Positions 41,303-55,614 of a DNA stretch of 64,000 nucleotides are shown here, one piece after another (the first letter of the stretch is position 1; the number at the start of each line of letters is the position of its first letter). The notes under the pieces were generated by a model. The model ran no database searches. It had not been told where the DNA came from and saw nothing but the letters and a program-made list of their open reading frames with translations. Made by a program: the position numbers and the translations under genes. Source of the stretch: Eledone cirrhosa (lineage: Eukaryota); assembly GCA_964016885.1 (NCBI GenBank), contig OZ024740.1, positions 417,632,001 to 417,696,000 on the forward strand, written 5' to 3'.

Positions 41303-44300
41303 TAGAATGTCTCAGGAAAGAGTCTCTGAATTGAGAGACAACGGCTCTGATGTTACAGACATGAGGTTAGAATCTCTCAGGAAAGAGTCTCTGAATTGAG
41401 AGACAACAGCTCTGATGTTACAGACATGTGGTAGAATGTCTCAGGAAAGTGTCTCTGAATTGAGAGACCACAGCTCTTATACTACAGACATGTGGTTAGA
41501 ACGTCACAGGAAAGAATCTCTGAATTGAGAAGAGATCACAGCTCTGATATTACAGGCATGGGGCTAGAATGTCTCAGGAAAGAATCTCCGAATTGAAAGA
41601 ACACAGCTCTGATATTACAGACATGTGGATAGAATGTCTCAGGAAAGAATCTCCGAATTGAAAGACCACAGCTCTGATATTACAGACATGTAGCTAGAAT
41701 GTCTCAGGAAAGAATCTCCGAATTGAAAGACCACAGCTCTGATATTACAGACATGTGGCTACATTGTCTCAGGAAAGAAACTCCGAATTGAGAGACCACA
41801 GCTCTGATATTACAGACATGTGGCTAGTATGTCACAGGAAAGAATCTCTGAATTGAGAGATCACAGCTCTGATATTACAGACATGTGGTTAGAATGTCTC
41901 AGGAAAGAATCTTTGAATTGAGAGACCACAGCTCTGATATTACAGACATATGGTTAGAATGTCTCAGGAAAGAGTCTCTGAATTGAGAGATGACAGCTCT
42001 GATATAACAGACATGTGGCTAGAATATCTCAGGAAAGAATCTCTGAATTGAGAGATCACAGCTCTGATATTACAGACATGTGGCAAGAATGTCTCAGGAA
42101 AGAATCTCTGAATTGAGAGACCACAGCTCTGATACTACAGACATGTGGTTAGAATGTCTCAGGAAAGAATCTCCGAATTGAGAGACCACAGCTCTGATAT
42201 TACAGACATGTGGCTAGAATGTCTCAGGAAAGAATCTCCGAATTGAGAGACCACAGCCCTGATATTACAGACATGTGGCTAGAATATCTCAGGAAAGAAT
42301 CTCTGAATTGAGAGATCACAGCTCTGATATTACAGGCATGGGGCTAGAATGTCTCAGGAAAGAATCTCCGAATTGAAAGATCACAGCTCTGATATTACAG
42401 ATATGTGGATAGAATGTCTCAGGAAAGAATCTCTGAATTGAGAGACCACAGCACTGATACTACAGACATGTGGTTAGAATGTCTCAGGAAAGAATCTCCG
42501 AATTGAGAGACCACAGCTCTGATATTACAGACATGTGGATAGAATGTCTCAGCAAAGAATCTCCGAATTGAAAGACCACAGCTCTGATATTACAGACATG
42601 TGGCTAGAATGTCTCAGGAAAGAATCTCTGAATTGAGAGATCACAGCTCTGATACTACAGACATGTGGTTAGAATGTCTCAGGAAAGAATCTCCGAATTG
42701 AGAGACCACAGCTCTGATATTACAGACATATGGTTAGAATGTCTCAGGAAAGAGTCTCTGAATTGAGAGACAACGGCTCTGATGTTACAGACATGAGGTT
42801 AGAATCTCTCAGGAAAGAGTCTCTGAATTGAGAGACAACAGCTCTGATGTTACAGACATGTGGTAGAATGTCTCAGGAAAGTGTCTCTGAATTGAGAGAC
42901 CACAGCTCTTATACTACAGACATGTGGTTAGAACGTCACAGGAAAGAATCTCTGAATTGAGAAGAGATCACAGCTCTGATATTACAGGCATGGGGCTAGA
43001 ATGTCTCAGGAAAGAATCTCCGAATTGAAAGAACACAGCTCTGATATTACAGACATGTGGATAGAATGTCTCAGGAAAGAATCTCCGAATTGAAAGACCA
43101 CAGCTCTGATATTACAGACATGTAGCTAGAATGTCTCAGGAAAGAATCTCCGAATTGAAAGACCACAGCTCTGATATTACAGACATGTGGCTACATTGTC
43201 TCAGGAAAGAAACTCCGAATTGAGAGACCACAGCTCTGATATTACAGACATGTGGCTAGTATGTCACAGGAAAGAATCTCTGAATTGAGAGATCACAGCT
43301 CTGATATTACAGACATGTGGTTAGAATGTCTCAGGAAAGAATCTTTGAATTGAGAGACCACAGCTCTGATATTACAGACATATGGTTAGAATGTCTCAGG
43401 AAAGAGTCTCTGAATTGAGAGATGACAGCTCTGATATAACAGACATGTGGCTAGAATATCTCAGGAAAGAATCTCTGAATTGAGAGATCACAGCTCTGAT
43501 ATTACAGACATGTGGCAAGAATGTCTCAGGAAAGAATCTCTGAATTGAGAGACCACAGCTCTGATACTACAGACATGTGGTTAGAATGTCTCAGGAAAGA
43601 ATCTCCGAATTGAGAGACCACAGCTCTGATATTACAGACATGTGGCTAGAATGTCTCAGGAAAGAATCTCCGAATTGAGAGACCACAGCCCTGATATTAC
43701 AGACATGTGGCTAGAATATCTCAGGAAAGAATCTCTGAATTGAGAGATCACAGCTCTGATATTACAGGCATGGGGCTAGAATGTCTCAGGAAAGAATCTC
43801 CGAATTGAAAGATCACAGCTCTGATATTACAGATATGTGGATAGAATGTCTCAGGAAAGAATCTCTGAATTGAGAGACCACAGCACTGATACTACAGACA
43901 TGTGGTTAGAATGTCTCAGGAAAGAATCTCCGAATTGAGAGACCACAGCTCTGATATTACAGACATGTGGATAGAATGTCTCAGCAAAGAATCTCCGAAT
44001 TGAAAGACCACAGCTCTGATATTACAGACATGTGGCTAGAATGTCTCAGGAAAGAATCTCTGAATTGAGAGATCACAGCTCTGATACTACAGACATGTGG
44101 TTAGAATGTCTCAGGAAAGAATCTCCGAATTGAGAGACCACAGCTCTGATATTACAGACATATGGTTAGAATGTCTCAGGAAAGAGTCTCTGAATTGAGA
44201 GACAACGGCTCTGATGTTACAGACATGAGGTTAGAATCTCTCAGGAAAGAGTCTCTGAATTGAGAGACAACAGCTCTGATGTTACAGACATGTGGTAGAA

Positions 44301-44770
44301 TGTCTCAGGAAAGTGTCTCTGAATTGAGAGACCACAGCTCTTATACTACAGACATGTGGTTAGAACGTCACAGGAAAGAATCTCTGAATTGAGAAGAGAT
44401 CACAGCTCTGATATTACAGGCATGGGGCTAGAATGTCTCAGGAAAGAATCTCCGAATTGAAAGAACACAGCTCTGATATTACAGACATGTGGATAGAATG
44501 TCTCAGGAAAGAATCTCCGAATTGAAAGACCACAGCTCTGATATTACAGACATGTAGCTAGAATGTCTCAGGAAAGAATCTCCGAATTGAAAGACCACAG
44601 CTCTGATATTACAGACATGTGGCTAGATTGTCTCAGGAAAGAATCTCCGAATTGAGAGACCACAGCTCTGATATTACAGACATGTGGCTAGTATGTCACA
44701 GGAAAGAATCTCTGAATTGAGAGATCACAGCTCTGATATTACAGACATGTGGTTAGAATGTCTCAGGAAA
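41303..44770 (+). repeat. Tandem repeat of a 22-monomer unit, period 1432 bp, ~2.4 copies
   Basis: +3 marker at 41531/42963/44395 (22x65 +3 -1 = 1432); ctacattg, aaactccg and tcagcaaag are repeated in copies 1 and 2. Confidence 0.9.
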
Positions 44771-47700
44771 GAGTCTCTGAATTGAGAGACAACAGCTCTG
44801 ATGTTACAGACATGTGGTAGAATGTCTCAGGAAAGTGTCTCTGAATTGAGAGACCACAGCTCTTATACTACAGACATGTGGTTAGAACGTCACAGGAAAG
44901 AATCTTTGAATTGAGAGACCACAGCTCTGATATTACAGACATGTGGCAAGAATGTCTCAGGAAAGAATCTCCGAATTGAGAGACCACAGGTCTGATATTA
45001 CAGACATGTGGCTAGAATGTCTCAGGAAAGAATCTCCGAATTGAGAGACCACAGCACTGATATTACAGACATGTGGCTAGAATGTCTCAGGAAAGAATCT
45101 CCGAATTGAGAGACCACAGCTCTGATATTACAGACATGTGGCTAGAATGTCTCAGGAAAGAATCTCCGAATTGAGAGACCACAGCTCTGATATTACAGAC
45201 ATGTAACTAGAATGTCTTTGGAAAGAATCTCTGAATTGAGAGACGACAGCTCTGATATTACAGACGTGTGGCTAGAATGTCTCAGGAAAGAATCTCTGAA
45301 TTGAGAGACCACAGCTCTGATATTACAGACATGTGGCTAGAATATCTCAGGAAAGAATCTCTGAATTGAGAGATCAGAGCTCTGATATTACAGACGTGTG
45401 GCAAGAATGTCTCAGGAAAGATTCTCTGAATTGAGAGACCACAGCTCTGATACTACAGACATGTGGTTAGAATGTCTCAGGAAAGAATCTCTGAATTGAG
45501 AGACCACAGCTCTGATACTACAGACATGTGGTTAGAATGTCTCAGGAAAGAATCTCTGAATTGAGAGATCACAGCTCTGATATTACAGGCATGGGGCTAG
45601 AATGTCTCAGGAAAGAATCTCCGAATTGAAAGATCACAGCTCTGATATTACAGACATGTGGATAGAATGTCTCAGGAAAGAATCTCCGAATTGAAAGACC
45701 TCAGCTGTGATATTACAGACATGTGGCTAGAATGTCTCAGGAAAGAATCTCCGAATTGAGAGACCACAGCTCTGATATTACAGACATGTGGCTAGAATGT
45801 CTCAGGAAAGAATCTCCGTATTGAGAGACCACAGCTCTGATATTACAGACATGTGGCTAGAATGTCTCAGGAAAGAATCTCCGAATTGAGAGACGACAGC
45901 TCTGATATTACAGACATGTGGCTAGAATGTCTCAGGAAAGAATCTCTGAATTGAGAGACCACAGCTCTGATATTACAGACATGTGGCTAGAATGTCTCAG
46001 GAAAGAATCTCTGAATTGAGAGACGACAGCTCTGATATTACAGACATGTGGCTAGAATATCTCAGGAAAGAATCTCTGAATTGAGAGATCAGAGCTCTGG
46101 TATTACAGACGTGTGGCAAGAATGTCTCAGGAAAGATTCTCTGAATTGAGAGACCACAGCTCTGATACTACAGACATGTGGTTAGAATGTCTCAGGAAAG
46201 AATCTCTGAATTGAGAGACCACAGCTCTGATACTACAGACATGTGGTTAGAATGTCTCAGGAAAGAGTCTCTGAATTGAGAGACCACAGCTCCGATATTA
46301 CAGACATGTGGCTAGAATATCTCAGGAAAGAATCTCTGAATTGAGAGACGACAGCTCTGATATTACAGACATGTGGCTAAAATGTCTCAGGAAAGAATCT
46401 CCGAATTGAGAGACCACAGCTCTGATATTACAGACATGTGGCTAGAATATCTCAGGAAAGAATCTCTGAATTGAGAGATCACAGCTCTGATATTACAGTC
46501 ATGGGGCTAGAATGTCTCAGGAAAGAATCTCCGAATTGAAAGATCACAGCTCTGATATTACAGACATGTGGTTAGAATGTCTCAGGAAAGAATCTCCGAA
46601 TTGAAAGACCACAGCTCTGATATTACAGACATGTGGCTAGAATGTCTCAGGAAAGAATCTCCGAATTGAGAGACCACAGCTCTGATATAACAGACATGTG
46701 GCTAGAATGTCTCAGGAGAGAATCTCCGAATTGAGAGACCACAGCTCTGATATTACAGACATGTGGCTAGAATATCTCAGGAAAGAATCTCTGAATTGAG
46801 AAGAGATCACAGCTCTGATATTACAGGCATGGGGTTAGAATGTCTGAGGAAAGAATCTCTGAATTGAGAGATCACAGCTCTGATATTACAGACATGTGGT
46901 TAGAATGTCTCAGGAAAGAATCTTTGAATTGAGAGACCACAGTTCTGATATTACAGACATATGGTTAGAATGTCTCAGGAAAGAGTCGCTGAATGGAGAG
47001 ACAACGGCTCTGATGTTACAGACATGTGGTTAGAATGTCTCAGGAAAGAGTCTCTGAATTGAGAGACGACAGCTCTGATATAACAGACATGTGGCTAGAA
47101 TATGTCAGGAAAGAATCTCTGAATTGAGAGATCACAGCTCTGATATTACAGACATGTGGCAAGAATGTCTCAGGAAAGAATCTCTGAATTGAGAGACCAC
47201 AGCTCTGATATTACAGACATGTGGCTAGAATATCTCAGGGAAGAATCTCTGAATTGAGAGATCACAGCTCTGATATTACAGGCATGGGGCTAGAATGTCT
47301 CAGGAAAGAATCTCCGAATTGAAAGATCACAGCTCTGATATTACAAACATGTGGATAGAATGTCTAAGGAAAGAATCTCCGAATTGAAAGACCATAGCAC
47401 TGATATTACAGACATGTGGCTAGAATGTCTCAGGAAAGAATCTCCGAATTGAGAGACCACAGCTCTGATATTACAGACATGTGGCTAGAATGTCTCAGGA
47501 AAGAATCTCTGAATTGAGAGACCACAGCTCTGATATTACAGACATGTGGCTAGAATATCTCAGGAAAGAATCTCCGAATTCAGAGACCAGAGCTCTGATA
47601 TTACAGACATGTGGCAAGAATGTCTCAGGAAAGAATCTCTGAATTGAGAGACCTACAGACATGTGGTTAGAATGTCTCAGGAAAGAATCTCCGAATTGAG

Positions 47701-50700
47701 AGACCACAGTTCTGATATTACAGACATATGTTTAGAATGTCTCAGGAAAGAGTCTCTGAATTGAGAGACCACAGCTCCGATATTACAGACATGTGGCTAG
47801 AATATCTCAGGAAAGAATCTCTGAATTGAGAGACGGCAGCTCTGATATTACAGACATGTGGCTAAAATGTCTCAGGAAAGAATCTCCGAATTGAGAGACC
47901 ACAGCTCTGATATTACAGACATGTGGCTAGAATATCTCAGGAAAGAATCTCTGAATTGAGAGATCACAGCTCTGATATTACAGTCATGGGGCTAGAATGT
48001 CTCAGGAAAGAATCTCCGAATTGAAAGATCACAGCTCTGATATTACAGACATGTGGTTAGAATGTCTCAGGAAAGAATCTCCGAATTGAAAGACCACAGC
48101 TCTGATACTACAGACATGTGGTTAGAATGTCTCAGGAAAGAATCTCCGAATTGAGAGACCACAGCTCTGATGTTACAGACATGTGTTTAGAATGTCTCAG
48201 GAAAGAGTCTCTGAATTGAGAGACGACAGCTTTGATATAACAGACATGTGGCTAGAATATCTCAGGAAAGAATCTCTGAATTGAGAGATCACAGCTCTGA
48301 TATTACAGACATGTGGCAAGAATGTCTCAGGAAAGAATCTCTGAATTGAGAGACCACAGCTCTGATACTACAGACATGTGGTTAGAACGTCTCAGGAAAG
48401 AGTCTCTGAATTGAGAGAACACATCTCTGATATTACAGACAAGTGGCTAGAATGTCTCAGGAAAGAATCTCTGAATTGAGAGACCACAGCTCTGATACTA
48501 CAGACATGTGGTTAGAATGTCTCAGGAAAGAATCTCCGAATTGAGAGACCACAGCTCTGATATTACAGACATGTGGATAGAATGTCTCAGGAAAGAATCT
48601 CCGAATTGAAAGACCACAGCTCTGGTATTACAGACATGTGGCTAGAATGTCTCAGGAAAGAATCTCTGAATTGAGAGACCACAGCTCTGATACTACAGAC
48701 ATGTGGTTAGAATGTCTCAGGAAAGAATCTCTGAATTGAGAGACCACAGCTCTGATATTACAGACATGTGGTTAGAATGTCTCAGGAAAGAGTCTCTGAA
48801 TTAAGAGACAACGGCTCTGATGTTACAGACATGAGGTTAGAATCTCTCAGGAAAGAGTCTCTGAATTGAGAGACAACAGCTCTGATGTTACAGACATGTG
48901 GTAGAATGTCTCAGGAAAGTGTCTCTGAATTGAGAGACCACAGCTCTTATACTACAGACATGTGGTTAGAACGTCACAGGAAAGAATCTCTGAATTGAGA
49001 AGAGATCACAGCTCTGATATTACAGGCATGGGGCTAGAATGTCTCAGGAAAGAATCTCCGAATTGAAAGAACACAGCTCTGATATTACAGACATGTGGAT
49101 AGAATGTCTCAGGAAAGAATCTCCGAATTGAAAGACCACAGCTCTGATATTACAGACATGTGGCTAGATTGTCTCAGGAAAGAATCTCCGAATTAAGAGA
49201 CCACAGCTCTGATATTACAGACATGTGGTTAGAATGTCTCAGGAAAGATTCTCTGAATTGAGAGACCACAGCTCTGATACTACAGACATGTGGTTAGAAT
49301 GTCTCAGGAAAGAATCTCTGAATTGAGAGACCACAGCTCTGATACTACAGACATGTGGTTAGAATGTCTCAGGAAAGAGTCTCTGAATTGAGAGACCACA
49401 GCTCCGATATTACAGACATGTGGCTAGAATATCTCAGGAAAGAATCTCTGAATTGAGAGACGACAGCTCTGATATTACAGACATGTGGCTAAAATGTCTC
49501 AGGAAAGAATCTCCGAATTGTGAGATCACAGCTCTGATATTACAGACATGTGGCTAGAATATCTCAGGAAAGAATCTCTGAATTGAGAGATCACAGCTCT
49601 GATATTACAGTCATGGGGCTAGAATGTCTCAGGAAAGAATCTCCGAATTGAAAGATCACAGCTCTGATATTACAGACATGTGGTTAGAATGTCTCAGGAA
49701 AGAATCTCCAAATTGAAAGACCACAGCTCTGATATTACAGACATGTGGCTAGAATGTCTCAGGAAAGAATCTCCGAATTGAGAGACCACAGCTCTGATAA
49801 AACAGACATGTGGCTAGAATGTCTCAGGAGAGAATCTCCAAATTGAGAGACCACAGCTCTGATATTACAGACATGTGGCTAGAATATCTCAGGAAAGAAT
49901 CTCTGAATTGAGAAGAGATCACAGCTCTGATATTACAGGCATGGGGTTAGAATGTCTCAGGAAAGAATCTCTGAATTGAGAGATCACAGCTCTGATATTA
50001 CAGACATGTGGTTAGAATGTCTCAGGAAAGAATCTTTGAATTGAGAGACCACAGTTCTGATATTACAGACATATGGTTAGAATGTCTCAGGAAAGAGTCT
50101 CTGAATTGAGAGACAACGGCTCTGATGTTACAGACATGTGGTTAGAATGTCTCAGGAAAGAGTCTCTGAATTGAGAGACGACAGCTCTGATATAACAGAC
50201 ATGTGGCTAGAATATCTCAGGAAAGAATCTCTGAATTGAGAGATCACAGCTCTGATATTACAGACATGTGGCAGGAATGTCTCAGGAAAGAATCTCTGAA
50301 TTGAGAGACCACAGCTCTGATACTACAGACATGTGGTTAGAATGTCTCAGGAAAGAATCTCCGAATTGAGAGACCACAGCTCTGATATTACAGACATGTG
50401 GCTAGAATGTCTCAGGAAAGAATCTCCGAATTGAGAGACCACAGCTCTGATATTACAGACATGTTGCTAGAATATCTCAGGAAAGAATCTCTGAATTGAG
50501 AGATCACAGCGCTGATATTACAGGCATGGGGCTAGAATGTCTCAGGAAAGAATCTCCGAATTGAAAGATCACAGCTCTGATATTACAAACATGTGGATAG
50601 AATGTCTAAGGAAAGAATCTCCGAATTGAAAGACCACAGCTCTGATATTACAGACATGTGGCTAGAATGTCTCAGGAAAGAATCTCCGAATTGAGAGACC

Positions 50701-53700
50701 ACAACTCTGATATTACAGATATGTGGCTAGAATGTCTCAGGAAAGAATCTCCGAATTGAGAGACCACAGCTCTGATATTACAGACATGTAATTAAAATGT
50801 CTCAGGAAAGAATCTCCGAATTGAGAGACGACAGCTCTGATATTACAGACATGTGGCTAGAATGTCTCAGGAAAGAATCTTCGAATTGAGAGATCACAGC
50901 TCTGATATTACAGACATGTGGTTAGAATGTCTTTGGAAAGAATCTCTGAATTGAGAGACGACAGCTCTGATATTACAGACGTGTGGCTAGAATGTCTCAG
51001 GAAAGAATCTCTGAATTGAGAGACCACAGCTCTGATATTACAGACATGTGGCTAGAATATCTCAGGAAAGATTCTCCGAATTGAGAGACCAGAGCTCTGA
51101 TATTACAGACATGTGGCAAGAATGTCTCAGGAAAGAATCTCTGAATTGAGAGACCTACAGACATGTGGTTAGAATGTCTCAGGAAAGAATCTCCGAATTG
51201 AGAGACCACAGCTCTGATATTACAGACATGTGGCAAGAATGTCTCAGGAAAGAATCTCTGAATTGAGAGACCACAGCTCTGATACTACAGACATGTGGTT
51301 AGAATGTCTCAGGAAAGAATCTCCGAATTGAGAGACCACAGCTCTGATGTTACAGACATGTGGTTAGAATGTCTCAGGAAAGAGTCTCTGAATTGAGAGA
51401 CCACAGCTCTGATATTACATACATGTGGATAGAATGTCTCAGGAAAGAATCTCCGAATTGAAAGACCACAGCTCTGGTATTACAGACATGTGGCTAGAAT
51501 GTCTCAGGAAAGAATCTCTGAATTGAGAGACCACAGCTCTGATATTACAGACATATGGTTAGAATGTCTCAGGAAAGAGTCTCTGAATTAAGAGACAACG
51601 GCTCTGATGTTACAGACATGAGGTTAGAATCTCTCAGGAAAGAGTCTCTGAATTGAGAGACAACAGCTCTGATGTTACAGACATGTGGTAGAATGTCTCA
51701 GGAAAGTGTCTCTGAATTGAGAGACCACAGCTCTTATACTACAGACATGTGGTTAGAACGTCACAGGAAAGAATCTCTGAATTGAGAAGAGATCACAGCT
51801 CTGATATTACAGGCATGGGGCTAGAATGTCTCAGGAAAGAATCTCTGAATTGAAAAAACACAGCTCTGATATTACAGACATGTGGATAGAATGTCTCAGG
51901 AAAGAATCTCCGAATTGAAAGACCACAGCTCTGATATTACAGACATGTGGCTAGAATGTCTCAGGAAAGAATCTCCGAATTGAAAGACCACAGCTCTGAT
52001 ATTACAGACATGTGGCTAGATTGTCTCAGGAAAGAATCTCCGAATTAAGAGACCACAGCTCTGATATTACAGACATGTGGCTAGTATGTCACAGGAAAGA
52101 ATCTCTGAATTGAGAGATCACAGCTCTGATATTACAGACATGTGGTTAGAATGTCTCAGGAAAGAATCTTTGAATTGAGAGACCACAGTTCTGATATTAC
52201 AGACATATGGTTAGAATGTCTCAGGAAAGAGTCTCTGAATTGAGAGACAACGGCTCTGATGTTACAGACATGTGGTTAGAATGTCTCAGGAAAGAGTCTC
52301 TGAATTGAGAGACGACAGCTCTGATATAACAGACATGTGGCTAGAATATCTCAGGAAAGAATCTCTGAATTGAGAGATCACAGCTCTGATATTACAGGCA
52401 TGGCGCTAGAATTTCTAAGGAAAGAATCTCCGAATTGAAAGATCACAGCTCTGATATTACAAACATGTGGCTAGAATGTCTCAGGAAAGAATCTCCGAAT
52501 TGAGAGACCACAGCTCTGATATTACAGATATGTGGCTAGAATGTCTCAGGAAAGAATCTCCGAATTGAGAGACCACAGCTCTGATATTACAGACATGTAA
52601 CTAGAATGTCTCAGGAAAGAATCTCCGAATTGAGAGACGACAGCTCTGATATTACAGACATGTGGCTAGAATGTCTCAGGAAAGAATCTTCGAATTGAGA
52701 GATCATATCTCTGATATTACAGACATGTGGTTAGAATGTCTTTGGAAAGAATCTCTGAATTGAGAGACGACAGCTCTGATATTACAGACGTGTGGCTAGA
52801 ATGTCTCAGGAAAGAATCTCTGAATTGAGAGACCACAGCTCTGATATTACAGACATGTGGCTAGAATATCTCAGGAAAGAATCTCCGAATTGAGAGACCA
52901 GAGCTCTGATATTACAGACATGTGGCAAGAATGTCTCAGGAAAGAATCTCTGAATTGAGAGACCTACAGACATGTGGTTAGAATGTCTCAGGAAAGAATC
53001 TCCGAATTGAGAGACCACAGCTCTGATATTACAGACATGTGGCTAGAATATATCAGGAAAGAATCTCTGAATTGAGAGATCACAGCTCTGATATTACAGA
53101 CATGTGGCAAGAATGTCTCAGGAAAGAATCTCTGAATTGAGAGACCACAGCTCTGATACTACAGACATGTGGTTAGAATGTCTCAGGAAAGAATCTCCGA
53201 ATTGAGAGACCACAGCTCTGATGTTACAGACATGTGGTTAGAATGTCTCAGGAAAGAGTCTCTGAATTGAGAGACGACAGCTCTGATATAACAGACATGT
53301 GGCTAGAATATCTCAGGAAAGAATCTCTGAATTGAGAGATCACAGCTCTGATATTACAGACATGTGGCAAGAATGTCTCAGGAAAGAATCTCTGAATTGA
53401 GAGACCACAGCTCTGATACTACAGACATGTGGTTAGAACGTCTCAGGAAAGAGTCTGTGAATTGAGAGAACACATCTCTGATATTACAGACAAGTGGCTA
53501 GAATGTCTCAGGAAAGAATCTCTGAATTGAGAGACCACAGCTCTGATACTACAGACATGTGGTTAGAATGTCTCAGGAAAGAATCTCCGAATTGAGAGAC
53601 CACAGCTCTGATATTACAGACATGTGGATAGAATGTCTCAGGAAAGAATCTCCGAATTGAAAGACCACAGCTCTGGTATTACAGACATGTGGCTAGAATG

Positions 53701-55614
53701 TCTCAGGAAAGAATCTCTGAATTGAGAGACCACAGCTCTGATATTACAGACATATGGTTAGAATGTCTCAGGAAAGAGTCTCTGAATTGAGAGACAACGG
53801 CTCTGATGTTACAGACATGAGGTTAGAATCTCTCAGGAAAGAGTCTCTGAATTGAGAGACAACAGCTCTGATGTTACAGACATGTGGTAGAATGTCTCAG
53901 GAAAGTGTCTCTGAATTGAGAGACCACAGCTCTTATACTACAGACATGTGGTTAGAACGTCACAGGAAAGAATCTCTGAATTGAGAAGAGATCACAGCTC
54001 TGATATTACAGGCATGGGGCTAGAATGTCTCAGGAAAGAATCTCCGAATTGAAAGAACACAGCTCTGATATTACAGACATGTGGATAGAATGTCTCAGGA
54101 AAGAATCTCCCAATTGAAAGACCACAGCTCTGATATTACAGACATGTAGCTAGAATGTCTCAGGAAAGAATCTCCGAATTGAAAGACCACAGCTCTGATA
54201 TTACAGACATGTGGCTAGATTGTCTCAGGAAAGAATCTCCGAATTGAGAGACCACAGCTCTGATATTACAGACATGTGGCTAGTATGTCACAGGAAAGAA
54301 TCTCTGAATTGAGAGATCACAGCTCTGATATTACAGACATGTGGTTAGAATGTCTCAGGAAAGAATCTTTGAATTGAGAGACCACAGCTCTGATATTACA
54401 GACATATGGTTAGAATGTCTTAGGAAAGAGTCTCTGAATTGAGAGACAACGGCTCTGATGTTACAGACATGTGGTTAGAATGTCTCAGGAAAGAATCTCC
54501 GAATTGAGAGACCACAGCTCTGATATTACAGACATGTGGCTAGAATGTCTCAGGAAAGAATCTCCGAATTGAGAGACCACAGCCCTGATATTACAGACAT
54601 GTGGCTAGAATATCTCAGGAAAGAATCTCTCAATTGAGAAATCACAGCTCTGATATTACAGGCATGGGGCTAGAATGTCTAAGGAAAGAATCTCCGAATT
54701 GAAAGATCACAGCTCTGATATTACAGATATGTGGATAGAATGTCTCAGGAAAGAATCTCCGAATTGAAAGACCATAGCTCTGATATTACAGACATGTGGC
54801 TAGAATGTCTCAGGAAAGAATCTCCGAATTGAGAGACCACAGCTCTGATATTACAGACATGTGGCTAGAATGTCTCAGGAAAGAATCTCCAAATTGAGAG
54901 ACCACAGCTCTGATATTACAGACATGTAACTAGAATGTCTCAGGAAAGAATCTCCGAATTGAGAGACGACAGCTCTGATATTACACACATGTGGCTAGAA
55001 TGTCTCAGGAAAGAATCTTCGAATTGAGAGGTCACAGCTCTGATATTACAGACATGTAGCTAGAATGTCTCAGGAAAGAATCTCCGAATTGAAAGACCAC
55101 AGCTCTGATATTACAGACATGTGGCTAGATTGTCTCAGGAAAGAATCTCCGAATTGAGAGACCACAGCTCTGATATTACAGACATGTGGCTAGAATGTCT
55201 CAGGAAAGAATCTCTGAATTGAGAGACCACAGCTCTGATATTACAGACATGTGGCTAGAATATCTCAGGAAAGAATCTCTGAATTGAGAGATCACAACTC
55301 TGATATTACAGACATGTGGCAAGAATGTCTCAGGAAAGAATCTCTGAATTGAGAGACCACAGCTCTGATACTACAGACATGTGGTTAGAATATCTCAGGA
55401 AAGAATCTCCGAATAGAGAGACCACAGCCCTGATATTACAGACATGTGGCTAGAATGTCTCAGGAAAGAATCTCCGAATCGAGACAACCACAGCTCTGAT
55501 ATTACAGGCATGTGGCTAGAATATCTCAGGAAAGAATCCCCGAATTGAAAGACCACAGCTGTGATATTACAGACATGTGGCTAGAATGTCTCAGGAAAGA
55601 ATCTCCGAATTGAG

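Noticed and set aside
47495-47707. 70-aa minus-strand ORF
   Set aside because: It is a translation of ~3 satellite monomers. It stays open only because the 13-bp deletion at 47653 shifts the frame past the recurring stops. No recognisable domain or gene context.
50997-51236. 79-aa minus-strand ORF
   Set aside because: Same artefact, spanning the deletion at 51155; the peptide repeats because the DNA repeats.
52806-53018. 70-aa minus-strand ORF
   Set aside because: Same artefact, spanning the deletion at 52964.
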